A stretch of 64,000 nt of DNA from Vicugna vicugna. Taxonomy: Eukaryota. Both the position numbers and the translations under genes were made by a program. Shown in pieces: positions 38,843-53,868 of this stretch (its first letter is position 1; every line of letters begins with the position of its first letter). Under the pieces are notes generated by a model. The model saw nothing but the letters and a program-made list of their open reading frames with translations. It was not told the DNA's origin and made no database searches. The DNA is taken from contig MU058844.1 of the NCBI GenBank assembly GCA_013265495.1, positions 13,662,184-13,726,183 of the forward strand, read 5' to 3'.

Positions 38843-39384
38843 GTATGTGTTGTTACTATCTTCTCAGGTAGTTTGAGTTTTCAACCATTTTCTTTGTAAG
38901 TAGTAAAGCAGGGTTTTCCAGCTGTTTCTTAGTTTTATGGCACTTGAGTTATATTTCTTACTTGCTTTCCTATCTTTTATAAGTTTATACACACACACGT
39001 ACATATGTGCATATTTTAAAAAAATATATTTTAGCATTTCTCTTACTTTAATGATCCTGTCTAACTGAATGTCTAGTATTACATGATTTATGGATGTAAG
39101 AATTTTAGAAAGTGCTGGATAGTACGGGTTTTACTCATGAAATGCATATGAGTACTTTTCGCAGTATGGTGCTTGTCTTATGCATCAGGTGATACCCTAA
39201 AGGGATCTGTGGTGGCTCCACTGTAAAAAGAAATGCTAGACCAGGAGCCAGACTCATGTTTGGACTCTGCCATTGAACAGACGCATGACTTTGTGCAAAT
39301 CCCTTGCTCCTCTTTCTTTATCTCTAAAATGGGGCTAATAACCTATTTTATTACCTTTCCAGAGTTGTTGCAGGTAATAGTGAA

Positions 39385-39390
<6 letters not shown>

Positions 39391-39415
<25 letters not shown>

Positions 39416-39416
39416 T
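39391..39416. repeat. (AT)n microsatellite
   Basis: About 13 units seen directly. Confidence 0.95.
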
Positions 39417-40450
39417 GCATATAACATTTCACAAATTTGTTTCTCGAGTCCACTCTTGTAATCACTGCAGTGTACTAGGTCCCCATAGACAATTCCTTGG
39501 TTGAATCTCAGAGTCAAGAAGGGAGGAAGGAGTTAAGTAATCACAGAAATCAATATATAATTTATAAATTTAAAAAAATCCTAATTTATCACAAAAAGAT
39601 GATACAGGAGTAAGAAGCGTAGAAACAGATTTAAGTCGTCTGGGAGTGTATTGAAACTCTCAAATATTCTTGTTGCCATTGTCAGTAAATCAGTTTCTCT
39701 GTTCTAGCGTGGTCAATACCGTGTTTGTCATTGTTGTATCTAATGGCATTAATTTTTTCATCTAATGTATTATCTTTGTACTTAATAACTGCTTTGGTAA
39801 AGTTGCCTTTATTTTCTTAAGTAAAGATGGTCCAAACTGCGTCAAAGGAAATCTGTCCAACAAAGAAAATGGGCCTGGGAAGATACCTTCTTGTAAATTC
39901 CTAGAATAAAAGGTCACTTTAAATGTACAAGATAGCACTCCAAAGCCTTGATGCTGTTTAATATATAAGCTCCAACTCGAAGATTTCAAACTACTTTAGA
40001 AATTTCGAAGGGATACATTGATGCCAAGCAAATCACTCTGTGTTTGTAGATCAGTTGGGAACAGTAAAGAAAGAGGAAAGAAATTAAAGGTATGGGCTCA
40101 TTCGATGAAGAGGAAGCCTGGAAAATTTTTTAAAACTAAGATTTGATTTGTAGCATGTAGGTTATTTTCATGCTGTTAAAGTGAGCCATTTTTTCCCTCT
40201 ATATTTGAAGTGTAACACTTTCACCACACAGTGGTGCTATAGTTCTGGTATATTTACATGTGATTTTTAACCCCCATTACTAAAAGCGTTCTGTTTTTCA
40301 AAGCCTTTTGTCAGTCATACATATGCTCTGGTTGCATATTCACATCCCTTACATCAGTGATACCAGCTTTAATTTTCTTACCAGAGAGACAACTGCAATT
40401 TGATACATTTGTGCATAGGAACAATTCATTTCCATCTCTCTTTTTCCTAA

Positions 40451-40633
<183 letters not shown>

Positions 40634-43594
40634 TAGTGAATGACATATTAATCTTAGGTGGTCTTATTCACTTTTCTACTAAAATTTTAGGATTTCATTT
40701 GTCTCCTTCTTGATGCCCCATTATCAGTGTTAAGCCATCAGGCAAGTCCTGTTGATTTTCTAAATGTCAACATTCATTCCTCCCTCATATAGTTATCAAG
40801 AGCCTGAGAAGCAGGCGTTGTTCTAAGCTCTGAAAAGACATACTCTGTACCCTTAGGGTCTTCATAATCAAAGGAAAGAAAGATAGAGATGATTACAAAC
40901 AATATGATATATTAAATAGAGAACGCTCCTAACACATGGGATAAATTCCAAGCCAGGTTATGGGGAAAAAGAAGGAAGTTCATAGGATTCCTGGAGGAGG
41001 AGATATCTGAGCTGAGTTTTGAAGGATGAGGAGGAATTAAGCAGGTGAAGGGAGGGGGGAGCATGGATCAGACACTTCACAAAGGGGAGAAGGAGTGGAC
41101 GGGTTCCAGGAATTGCCCCAGAGCCTTCACACATGTCGTTCCCTCTGTTGTGAGTAATCTTCCACCGGATCTTTGCGTGGCTGGATTTTCTCATCATTCA
41201 GGCTTTCTCTACTGAGAGCACCACGCTGACACCTCCTCGCAAGGAGCATCCCGTCTGATCCTTGGTCCTCTCTCCACCATTTGCCCATTTGGTTTTCTTT
41301 ATGCCACTTTGTAAGTATTTTCCAGCTCTGCCTGCAAATAAAATGTCAGTCCCATCAGGGCAGAGACCACGATGCTTCTGGTTTCCTGCTCTATTTCTAA
41401 CACCTTGAATAGAAACTGGCATTTGACAGGTGCTGAATAAATAGACAATACATGAGTTGAAATGGGCAGATGGATGGAAGGAAGAAAAAGAGAAGAATGG
41501 AGAGAAATAGACCCAGCATGGTGCATCCCATTAAAGCCTAGTGTGCCACGTTAAGAAGCTTGGATTTTATTCCAAAAGCATATGAATTTGAAACACATCT
41601 ACCTCAAGGGTTTCAGATAAGGGATCCTCTCACATTGTTCTCTCTTGTTCCAAGTGGTCTTGTTACAAGATACAGTATATTTTGTGAAAGGAACACTGGA
41701 AATGGAATTTATGAGAGGCAGGTTCAAGTTCTAGCCTTAATACTTGAACTGTGTGATCTTGAATAGGTCTTTTCACTTTTCTGGTTGACAGGCTCTGCCT
41801 GCGCAATCCAGATATCGTCAGAGTTGCTTTGAAGCTCACAAGAGAAAATTACGTGGGAAATGTGCCTTATCACCTGTAAAATTCTGTGCCAGTATGGTGT
41901 TGCTTGCCATTCTCGTGAAGTACCTGTCTTTTGTGTTTTTTACAAAGTTTAATCTTGTGTCCCACCTAGTGACACACACTAGGGATCACCTAACTTCATC
42001 TCTTCCTTTTAATAATAATAATAATAAAAAACAGCAATAGAAAATTAGAAAGATGTGATGTCTTTATCCACAATAACACAGATAATTCATAACTGAGGGA
42101 GGACCAGAATCCAGATATTCTGAAACAGTCTAGTACTTTTTCTGAATTACCATAATACTTCTCTTTTTGTTTGATTTACCTAATTTTTATGATTAGATTC
42201 AGGAATAAAAACTAAAATAATTATTTGACCTCTAACATAGGGAAAACATGTATTATGAAAATATGAGTAAGTTTCCCCTTTTTCTCATTTTTGAAATAAT
42301 ATTCCCTGTTTTTTTTTTTCCCCCTCTGTAATATCACTGGAGACTGCCCGTGCAATGAGAAGCAAAAACAAGAACATAAGAATCACCAACCTGGGGTCTA
42401 ATTCTGGTGCTAGTTTTGGGGGATGGCAAGGTTATTCTTGCTGATTTGAAATAAAAAAAATTTGCCCCCTAAATAGCCCAATTTATGAGAGCTACTATCA
42501 ATAAATTTACCTTAGTTTTTTATCAGCTGAATTATCTTTTTCCATTCTGCACCATATTTTGGAAAGAGACTTATATAAATCTGTTGCCACTGTTGGCAAA
42601 TTATTCAATTCTTGAAAGTTGCTTTTTTTTTTTCATGCTTCAAGCAGTATCTTTTAATTCTAGTATCCCATGAATTTTTTCCATATTACTTATGATTTTA
42701 AAGGTTAAGCTCACTTTCACAGTTAAAGTTCATTTTATAGACCTTAAAATCTGTTTATGCACAGGGTATTACAACAGACAAAAAAAAAGTATGGGTTGTC
42801 GAGAACTGTGGAAAGGCAAGGCATCTTAAGTTGTTCTTATTAAAGTTTTAATTGAAAAAAATAGGAGGAAGTAGAAGAGAATATTTTTAGGGTGGACCCA
42901 TTGTTTGTTAGTCATCTTGCTAGATGTTTTATTTACACGCTCGTTTAAAGCTAACAACTTGACAAGAGCATTGGAAATATTTTTATTTGAGTTTAAGAAA
43001 ATCTTATGATGTAATTTTTTTGGTAGGAGCTCTGTGAATAGAATATTCTATTAAATAGCACATTTGCCAAAGAAATAAGTGGCAATGGTAAAATAAATAA
43101 ACTGGTATAAGGATTTACTCAAAACAACACCTTTCCATGTAAATTCTGTAATAACTTTAGAGTCATTCAAATCTATACTTTCAAGTATGAAGACTAGAAG
43201 AAATACAATTAGTAGACCTAATGCAATTGGAGGCATTCCAGGACACGAAGTGACTTCTTAATTATCACAGATATAATACATTAAAAATAATTAAATGGTC
43301 AAATTCAAGTAATTGGTAAGGTTTTTTTTTTTGTATCAAACTAAACTTAAAAAAAATCTGTAATTTATTGCCACTGCTAAATGGTTCTTAACTTTATGGA
43401 ACTGTCTACAACAGAGTTCTAAATAGCTTTCTTAGTATCTTTCATTGGATTTAAATGTAACTTTCTGGAATTTTCTTATTAAGTCCACTACCTTGTCTGG
43501 GCTACAAAAGATATAACAAAATACTACTGTGAGGATTATTGTGGCCATATATAACTTAAAGGTGTAATAGTGATCTCTGCGTGATTATTTCTAG

Positions 43595-43729
<135 letters not shown>

Positions 43730-43781
43730 TAAGTACTCTTTCAAATAGTTACTTTTAATAGCTTGTTAGGTTCATTCTTTT

Positions 43782-43883
43782 CTTTTCTTTTATTATTTTT
43801 TTCAATGGAGGTATTGGGGATTGAACCCAGGAACTTATACATGCTAAGCATGTGCTCTACCACTGAGTTATACCCACCCTTCC
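43782..43883 (-). mobile_element. tRNA-derived SINE (short Vic-1-like form)
   Basis: 'atggaggtattggggattgaacccaggaac...ctaccactgagttataccc'. Confidence 0.88.
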
Positions 43884-44759
43884 AGGTACGTTCTTTTAAA
43901 ACTTTAATGAATTATCATCGAAAATGTTTTAAATCCCTTTACTTGTAATGTATTTTGGGTTTAGTAAAACACACACACACATACCCATACAAATCTACCC
44001 AGGATAAAGCAAAAATTACTTGTGCATAAGTTAGGAAAATATTATAAAAGGAAAATAAAATCTGAGATTAAATTTCAGTTCACAAATTACTAATTCCAAA
44101 AACTGCTGGCTCCATATAGTTATATGTCTATATCTGTTAGTAAATAGCTCCAAGCCTCAGTTTCTTATCTCACAGAGCTGGTATAAGGATTGAATGAGAG
44201 GATACATGTAAAATTATTAGCATTATAAAGCTGTCTCAGTGTCAAGGTTCATGCATATTATCTTAGGATGATGACTAAAAGATGTTTCTCTACTTTTTAA
44301 ATATGAATGCTAAATGTAAAAATGACCATGTTACATTATAATAGAAACAGGAGACCTGATTTTTGTAGGAGAGTTTATGGTACTTAGGTTCTGACAGCCA
44401 CTTTTAGAGCATACTTTCGAGCAAAGTAGTTTTCTTTTCCTTTTGTATATGTATCTACTATAAAGTATATATCTACCTAAGGTTGAAACATAGCTATTAT
44501 GTATAGAGTAGTATAAACAGTTACATCAGGCACAAGTCTCAAATAGAAAAATATCAAAATCTTTATCTTTACTGGCCAAAAGACAAAATTAAAACCATGT
44601 GTTAAACAAATCCACCACGTAGTATGTTTAAATCTGCATTTATTTGTACTTTACATGTCCTGGTGATAGATCTGGGTATCAGGAGTAGAAAGTGATGGCT
44701 GGGTTTCTCTTTCTTAAATCTTGGTACTGGAAGAGAGTACAAAAGTAGACTTTCAAAGT

Positions 44760-45135
44760 ACGGTCTTAGTTTGCTCGGGTTCGCATGACATGAACCACAG
44801 ACTGGTGGCTTACACAGCAGTATTGTTTTGTCTCATGAGATCAAGGTGTCAGCAGGTTTGGTTGCTCCTGAGGCTACTCTCCTGGGCTTGTAACTGGCTG
44901 TCTTCTTCCTGCGTGTTCACACTGTCAGCCCTCCATCTGTGTTCTCTGTGTCCTGATCTCCTCTTTTTATGAGGACAGCAGTCATACTGTCATTAGGCCC
45001 ACCCTAATGACTTCATTTTAACTTAATTACCTCTTTAGAGGCTCTTTCTCCAAATTCAGTCTCACGCTGAGGTCCTGGGGGTTAGGGCTTCAACATATGA
45101 ATTGTGGGGAGGATACAATTCAGCCCATAACAGGT
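44760..45135. mobile_element. MaLR (MLT1A-like) LTR
   Basis: 'gtcttagtttgctcggg...gggttagggcttcaacatatgaatt...caattcagcccataaca'. Confidence 0.8.
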
Positions 45136-45775
45136 ACCATATATCTGCGATATTATTGTGAATAAACAAACTCGATTCTAGTTTCAGCTCTTTTGCAAAT
45201 GCGGGATGTTGCTTTGGGTCAGTTGTGCATCTCTATGAACCCACTCCTCAATAAAATGTATTTTATGATACTCAGAATTGCATTGAGTTAGAGGAGCAGT
45301 ACAACCACCAGCATTTCAAAAGGTAATGTTAAATTTCAGGAAATTGAGTAGCAAAACCCATTTAGAAATTCTTTCACCTTCTCATTGATTTTAGTGTTGG
45401 AATATCTGCAAGTTCATTTTTTGAGTCAAAATAGTCCTGGCAATTTGTCTTGGCCATTTATCAATTTCATGTGGATCCTAGAGCTGAAAGTTACCTGAGA
45501 GGTCTTTTGCTCAACTCCTCAGTAGGCAGAAGAGGAAAGCCAGGGCAACAGAGATTAAGTTACTTTCTCAAGGTCAAGGTGCTAGAAAGTGTAGAATTAA
45601 TACTTAAGTGCAGATTACCTAATGTCTCTCTCCCTGTATTGAGGATGCTTCCTTCATATACTGATTTACTTTAAACTGTCCTGTTTAGAGCTCAAAAATA
45701 CCCTATTGTAGAATAGAAAAATTAGGCTCTAATGATTTCATAGGGGAAAAAAATAACCTTTCTCTCTTTATTTAG

Positions 45776-45913
<138 letters not shown>

Positions 45914-47823
45914 TAGTTAACAATAGTAATATCTTTAAATTGTATTAATTTATAATGTGGACTTGAGGCCGTTAAGGTAAGAAATAAACAATAATGTTTT
46001 AAACCAGAAATGTAAGAGCTATTTGACCTTCTTCATCTAAAAATTCTTAGGCTTGTTGCTGGAACTTATTTTTTTCTTTGATGTTTATAACTGAGATTGA
46101 ACTTTTGTTTCCTGTTGAGGAGATAGTAGTAACAAATCTGAGTCAGAAACACAGAGTAAGTTTAGAGAACAGATAATGACACGTGCAGATTCTCTAGGTA
46201 ATTTTACTGTATCTGCTTATGCTTGAAGATTTAAGGTGGAATCAGGGAACGTCTTTCTCTAGGAATGGAGCTTCACATATAATGAACATACGTAAGTCTA
46301 CCAAAATTTGAAGATACAGAAAGTAGCTCAGAGTAATTCTAGAGATTCAACACCTGCTGTGTTTCTTCTGGCTTTAATTTTTGCATAATTAATTTATAAA
46401 TAAAATTTTATTAGAAAGCAAGCATTTGGCCACAGTAACTCCCCTCTTTCCATTACATTTCCCTCTATAGAGGTACGTTATCATTTAATATACATATTTT
46501 GGTCCTTACTGTATGAATTTTCATAGCTGTATGTGTAGTATAAATATCTAATACTTTTGGAAGATATTTTAATTTTTTAATTCTTATTTTTTATCAAAGT
46601 ATAGTTGATTTACAATGTTAGTTTCATGTGTACAAAGATGGCTTTTTTGATGTGGAAAATACACTAACCATATTGCTGTGTAGTTTGCTTTCTACACTTG
46701 ACAGTATGTTTTGGTGCCTTTTCCATGTTAATCCACATGGAGTCACCTTATTTTTATCTGCTGCCTATCATGGTTTTTAAAAACCAGTGTAGTACAATTT
46801 ACCTAGTTAGTCTTCCATTGGTAGACTTTTCATTTCTTCTTATTGACGTGCAACCAGTGAGGCAATCAACATGCTTATTCGTCACTCCTTAGGCCCATTT
46901 TCTGCTGTTTCCTTGGGGTAATATCAAGACCTAGAGTATCTACATTTCAAATTTTAATTGATACCTCCAAATTGCTTTGTAAGACGGCTAAACTAGATTA
47001 TACTGCCACTAACTGGAAATTAACTCCCCCCACCACCTCGCCAGCACCCTGGATTTTTGCCAGTCTGATAGGCTAAAAAAATTTTATTTGCATTTCCCTG
47101 GTTACTAGGGAGGTTAAGCATAGTTTTGCTTATTTGTTGACCATTTGTAATTTATATTTTATGAATACTTTCTTTTTAATGTATAATTTTGATTATATAC
47201 TGTTAAATACTATAGAATACTACTGCCCTATAATTTTAATTTTTAATGTTAATAGAGGAGTGGAAACATTCTACTTAATGTCAGAGATTGAAACATAATG
47301 ATTTAATCAATGGAAAGTTCTTCCAGCAAAAATGTTCACAGGCCTCTGAATCTGGTGTTTACAGTAATATTTTCTAGCTGCAGTTATGAGTAACCACCTC
47401 ATAAAGTAACTAATGCTGTTCACACATTGCATTACTGTGTTAACAGCCTATAAATCATTGATATTATTTACTTGTTTTCTTCTTTCCTCATTTTTAATGG
47501 GAATGAAACCGAGTCCCCTAAATCATCAAAAAATTACAGGAATGTGTACAGTAGTACTATTATTTTGCCTGCACTTAAAGGAGACACCCTGTCAGAGGCT
47601 TAAAAGATGCCTCAAATGTGTATTAAAGTCCTCATGATTAAATTCTAGTCCATGCAAGAAAATGCTTAAATAAATTGGAGGGCAGTTTGACATAAGATTT
47701 CAGATTGTTGAAAAGATTTCAAAAGGTGATGAGTATTTCATAAGGTGATTTAGGTATTTCTTTATCATCATCAATTGTTTTACTGGACTTTTAAGGACAT
47801 TATTTCACAGTACTGTTTTACAG

Positions 47824-47999
47824 GACATTTCACAGAGGAAGAAATCAAATCATCTTTCCTAGAAACATTAAAAGATGCCTGCAGCAAGTCTGAAGAAGTG
47901 TCATACGGTGAATTTGAAGATTACTATGAAGGTCTAAGCATAGGGATAGTAGATGATGAAGATTTTGTTCATATCTTACGTACTCCATGGGGGATTTAG
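47824..47999 (+). CDS. CAPS2: CAPS2 last coding exon (HFTEEEIKSSFLETL...EFEDYYEGLSIGIVDDEDFVHILRTPWGI*)
   Basis: CAG acceptor, phase 1; TAG stop at 47997-47999; calcyphosin-family C-terminus. Confidence 0.96.
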
Positions 48000-48802
48000 T
48001 TTTTTAAAATGAGTGTGTTATCAGTGCTAAGCATTTTAAAGGAGAGATGAGTTGAATGTAAAGTATCGAACACTGGAATATATTTTTCTAGGGCTCTCTT
48101 TGCTGTTTGTTGTTTTCTCAAAAAAGTTGAGTCTGGAAAGAGAAACATTCAGAAAGACAGATGTAAGTGTCTGTGTAGGTTCATACACATGTACAAATCC
48201 TTGTCTGTTTATACGTTTATAAATATCTCTCTTTTTTGACTTTTTTTTTTTTTTACTTATCTTGAGTATATTTTAGAGTTCATTTAAAAATTTAGTCTTC
48301 ACAGGAAAGTAACATCTGTATCAAGTGACAGGAGAACAGCTATATAGTAACCAAGTTTCTTGTCCATTGTTTTTCTGCTCCCCATTCCCCAAAGTATAAT
48401 TGCCACCATTCTCAATCTGATGAATTGGACTTGGACCCAAAGCCTGTGAGTATGAAATAGCTCAACTTGTTTCAACTATCTGAACATGTTAAATGAATTA
48501 AAGGATATACAAGAGAAATTTTGCACGCAGTGTGATTAGAGATGTTTTCTGCAACTGAACTATTTAGAATGATGGAGATTTACTCCTAAAATGCTTATTT
48601 AAACACTGACTTGTCTGGTGAATTCTTATCTTCTACATCGTGTGCTGCCGTTTGTTCAATAGAGCACGATGTCATTTTCTAGTGACCAGTTCTATCTGTT
48701 CTTTTATTCTGTTCTCAACTGCAATTCTTATTACCTGCACAGAATTATTGTTTAGCTAGAAACAGTACAATATGGAAAGAGAAATGTTTTCTTAAAATAT
48801 TA

Positions 48803-48813
48803 AATAAAATAAA
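48803..48813 (+). terminator. CAPS2: Candidate CAPS2 polyadenylation signal (overlapping AATAAA x2)
   Basis: First AATAAA I found after the stop (~800 nt); further AATAAA at 49299, 49751, 49941. Confidence 0.55.
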
Positions 48814-50282
48814 GATCTCTAAAAGTACACTATCACTTATATGGACTAGGCAATAATTTAGTAATTCTTCATCAAAATGTAAAAAGTTAATTTGTATCCT
48901 AAAATGGTATTCTAAATAACACCTCTTTTTGGTTTACTAAATAACTGAAACATTTTCTTCTAAATAGATATTATTTAACAGTTAGAGGTGCTGTAATCAT
49001 TCTTTCTAAATTCTTCTATGTCCCTCACTGCTCCTTGGAAATACAGACAGAACGGGAAACTTACAGAGTTGTTTTCAGGTTCATAATTTTTAATTTAAAT
49101 ATTAAGATAACATGAATTAGAAAAAAAAACAGTGTCAAGCCAAATAAGAAGCGGTTCAAAAATGAGACTATAGACTTTGTGGAATATGAATTTCAGCATA
49201 TAACTTCATTCATCCAGACCCTTGGCAACATTATCAGAAATGACATATGTGTGAACCAAACGAATTCAAAGTAGTGCTTCTCCAAGAGCTGAGGAGGTAA
49301 TAAAATTTATTGCTGAAATTTCAGAAGCAAAATCTGTACATTTTAGTGCTATCTTCACTAGCTAAATTCTTTACGCCTTGGGAATTTTTTTTTTCCAATT
49401 AGGTTATTATAATGAAAACAATATGCTGGAAGGTTTTGACAGAAATAAGTCTAAAACACTATTTCTGAGTCATATTCTTTTTCTTGGAAAAATGTTTCCA
49501 CCCACCTATAATCATCTTAAATTCTACAAATTGTTTTTATGTTAAAATGACTAATACCCTGGGTGTTCAATATGCATGTAGTATTTTTTACTGATACATT
49601 TTTACTTAGTTTTCCTTAACAAATATATTCTTAATACTGTCATGTTTTCCAGTGACTATAATCAGAAAATGTGTAGACTGTCATATTGTTTAAAAAAGAA
49701 AAAGGAGATTCTTCTAGGATTTAACATATTTGTATGACCACGTATTCTTAAATAAACCTCCACCCTCTTAATATAAATATTCACATGTAGTTATTTATAG
49801 GAATTTTCTCTTCAGGAGATTGAAAAGACTCTTTTGTAGTTAATTTCTTATTATTTTATACTGTTATTTCCATGTAAAGCTAGAAAATGCATAGTCAATA
49901 TGTTATTTGGCATATTTCATTAAATTATAATTGGTGGCACAATAAATCATTCTGCTTTTGCTTCACTGCCTGCATTTTTCTTGGACTTTGGTATAGTAAA
50001 ATCTATTTTTTGTATTCAGTTTAAGTTACATTTTCAAATATCCACAGCATAATAACTGACTTTTGAAATTCTATTCTCAATAGTCTTCATATTCTACAAA
50101 TTTCTTGATTACCTTTCAAATATTAAGTTATATGTTGTGATGATGTTATATGTTGTGATGATTTTACATGTAGTTTATAGTTAAGCGTATTTCGTTTTCT
50201 CTAGATCTAGTTACTTGTTTGTGGTGTAGAATTGCTTCCTAATTAACCATCCTGTTTTATTGAACTCTATATATTGATTTTA

Positions 50283-50292
50283 CTATTTCTAT

Positions 50293-50330
<38 letters not shown>

Positions 50331-50344
50331 CTATTTCTATTCTT
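50283..50344 (-). mobile_element. Solo poly(A) retroinsertion with TSD
   Basis: T36 run flanked by exact direct repeat CTATTTCTATTCTT (50283-50296, 50331-50344). Confidence 0.75.
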
Positions 50345-53300
50345 ATCAGTAACGTTTTACAGAATTTTTAGGGAAAATTTATATTTTATTAAAAAGGGGA
50401 TATAATTTAGGAATTTTTAGCTGTATTTTCATTGGTAAAGATTATACATTTGTATGATGGAACAACTAGAGTATAGTATGGATAAAAGTATATGTTCTTG
50501 TTTTAAATTGTATAGTATATAAACATATGTGCTTAATGAGCCAGTGACTCTGCACAGGGACAGTCACTTAGGATGATTCATAATTTTGATACGGCTATAA
50601 AACACATCTTAGTTTACTAATTACTTGGGATTTCCAGTCAGTCTAAGTTGTCAGTTACCTCAGGAGAGAATTGTGTAAAATAAACTATGCTTACTGCAGA
50701 TTATTTAAAATGCATTTGTGAGATTATAGTTTACAGTGCTTGCAAAGGAAGATATGTACGGTGATGAACTGTAACCACTACTAGGTTGACCAGCAAGAAC
50801 ACACATCTACAGGGAAAGTGCTCAAAGAAGTAGAAGGAACTGAATCTGTGTAACACAAGCCAAGCAGGAAAGGGGAGAGAGAACCCAGTGGGTTGACAGG
50901 GATGTGTTAGTAACTGATCAGGGATGGCGCTCCTGTCATGGCCTCCCACTTTTATTGTAAGGATAAATGGATGATTTACTCAGCAGCAGTTGTTATGGTT
51001 CTTATATTTGAACACTTTTGCATGAAAACACTTCAGCACAGACCATGTAAGTAGTCTGAATGTGCAATTTAATGCAAACTTCAGTCATAGGGGCGGTGCT
51101 TCCCTAATAAACAATGCACAGACTGCACTTTATCGGCAAGGCCTCACCGCTCAGGGGCTACATTCACTCCAGGTATCTGGGGCTTAGTTGATATGGGATG
51201 CCTGGTAATTCGCCTTCTAAGTACAGTGGGTTTTGCTCATGAAAACAGTGTCTTGTCTTGAGTCCTGAATGGCGTCGGGGCCCACTTGTGGAGTAGGACT
51301 TCTGACTGACCGATTGTAACAACAGGGTAACAGGATTCCTCCCCCAGTGTTACTGCTGCTTCCTCTGGTGAGCCTTTCAGGCACGGCGGTGGTTGGAGCG
51401 CCCCAAAGGGCCAACTGCTGGGACTTCACTGATCTTACAGAATGGGTTGTATAATCTCTTTGCGCCTCCTTGCTAAAATGTGCTTGTTTAATGAACATTG
51501 ATATGTGTGGCAGAATTACAAATTTGTATCATTATAACCGGGTAGTGAAATCAGGAAGAGTATAGCTAATTCTCACCTACCTCAGTGATTTTAGGGAGGC
51601 TGGGGAAATCACAGGTAAGTACCATAAAGAATCTATTACTTGTGCACAACTAAATTAGTTACTCCTAATTCAGTCGTCAGCTCACAGCTGCAATTCTCTG
51701 TCGACACTGCGGTCAGCATCACAAAACAAAATACTGCATGGCACAATGCCTGAAGGAGTGGAGTTAAAAACTCCAAAGCCTACTTCATGATTGCTAAACA
51801 CAGGCATAAACTAGGCACAGTGGAGCGTGGAAGGACTGTTTATGTCATCCCAGGGGAATACTAAATAGCTCACCATTCTGAAAACATTCACTTTATCAAG
51901 GTGTTATTGAGAAGCAATTAAAGTGTTCAGCTGAAACAGCAAAGATTTTAGAGATTTGATCATATAGATTTTAGAACTGTATTAGTGGATATACATTTTC
52001 AGACTTCTCTCTTTAATAACCCATGTAAGCTGATTTGTATAGTTTTTGGATATCCAAGCAAGGTAAAGATATTTGGAAGGATTTGAATTAAAAAAATTAT
52101 CTATCTGGTGACAAATTTTATGCAAGGAGAACCCAATCAAAGTCCCTGTTGTGTTTAAGTATTCTTGGACAAAAACAATGAGTGGAACAGAGAACCAAAA
52201 AAGTCACAGGTAATATCATCAAGGATATAAGAGAAGACAATCTGCTTATGAAACAAAAATGGAATCTTATGAAAAAAGAAAAATCAAAGAACAATTTTTA
52301 ACTTTAGAAATTAAGAATATCATGAATCAGATCAGGTTGGCTTCAGCTTCTGCTGATGGCATGGCATTGGCCCCAGTGCTGCCTGGAGACCAGAGTCTGC
52401 AGGGCAAGTGCTGCCGGTTGGAGGATGGCGATGGGCAGTGGTGTAAAGCTGAGATGTGAGGATGAGGAAGAGATGGCAGTGGCAGGGGAGGGTTGGATGC
52501 TTGCTGGGGGCACTGGTGAGCTGGTGGGTCCTTGACCAAGGAAAGAGTCCATCATGGTCCTGTGTGCTCAGCCCTCTCTAGGCCAGATGTTGCATCTCCC
52601 ACCTAGTGAGGGAAATGCGGGCTTAGGTCTTAGCAATCTGGAAAAAGTCCAACTCCCTGAACTGCTGAAACTCTACCAGGTATAGAAACAGAAATTCCAA
52701 TCACAAGAGAAAAGGGCAGAGCGGTAGAAAACGGCTACCCCTGAGAATAATATCGTGTGCTGAAGACAGAGACGTGTCAAGATTTCAGAGATTTAACCCA
52801 TTTTTAAATTTTCCATCTTGCACATCAATTTTTACCCTGGCTGTCAATATTTTGGACAGATCCTTGGCTCGTTTGAAGGTGAAACCTAAAATTTCTCTTG
52901 CATTGGAGTCTGCTGTTTTGGCTGGCTACCAGAATAGTTGAAGAAAAATGCAATGTTTCATCTCCTCGTAACATAATCTGAACTAGTCAATGTAAATGCA
53001 CTACTTCTAACAAAAAACCAAGGAAAAAAAATTTTGGAAAAAAAATCAGAACTATGAAATGGAACATACTGCTGTATTGAACTTTTTTTTTTTGCTTACA
53101 TTAGACTATTATACTTCTTCATATTTCAGAAAGGAAAGAAATATTGAGCCTTGATAAACTGGAAGCACAGCTGAAAGCTTGCAATTTTCTACTAGTCTTT
53201 TCAAAAGCAAAGCCATCTGTATTAGCTTTGTGCCTTCTCAATCTGCAAGTAGAAATGTAATTCATTAAATTATTGCACATCCTTCTGCTTGTTATAAAGC

Positions 53301-53868
53301 ATTCAAAGATCAATGATACCGAGTTCTTTTACTGGAGGGAAGCAGTTTCTAAATGATTAGCGGAATATTTTCTCTTGATTGTTGCAAGAAATTGGTTTGG
53401 ATTGTCTGGATGCAGAGTCTAGACCCTCCAAGACAACAACTGTGGTGTCCCTGAGTTGTCAACAATACCAGGAGATAGCTGTCTTGACAAAAGTGAAAGC
53501 GAAGACTCGGAAGATGTGAACTTGGAGAATGAAGTCCCAGCAGCTGTCTCTCCATCTCAGTGATCAAAGATGCACTGTCTTTTTCAACTTGAAAGTGGCA
53601 CAGCCCCCGTGTTTCCCATTTTATAAACCCAACTGCACTGTGTCAGAATTTAAAGTATACATGTGGTTTATAAGCAATAAATGGGGATGTAGGTAGTGTT
53701 TTTGTGCAGCCCCTATCTAGGCAGGACTACAAAGACTGGAACACCTGTTGTCTGTAATTACTCAGATCAGATCTGGTCTATTTTCATATTCTAAGCTCTC
53801 AGCTGGGTTAGGACCTCTAAAATGATGGGAAATAATTTAAATATTGGCACATTTGCTCTTTTCCTTTG

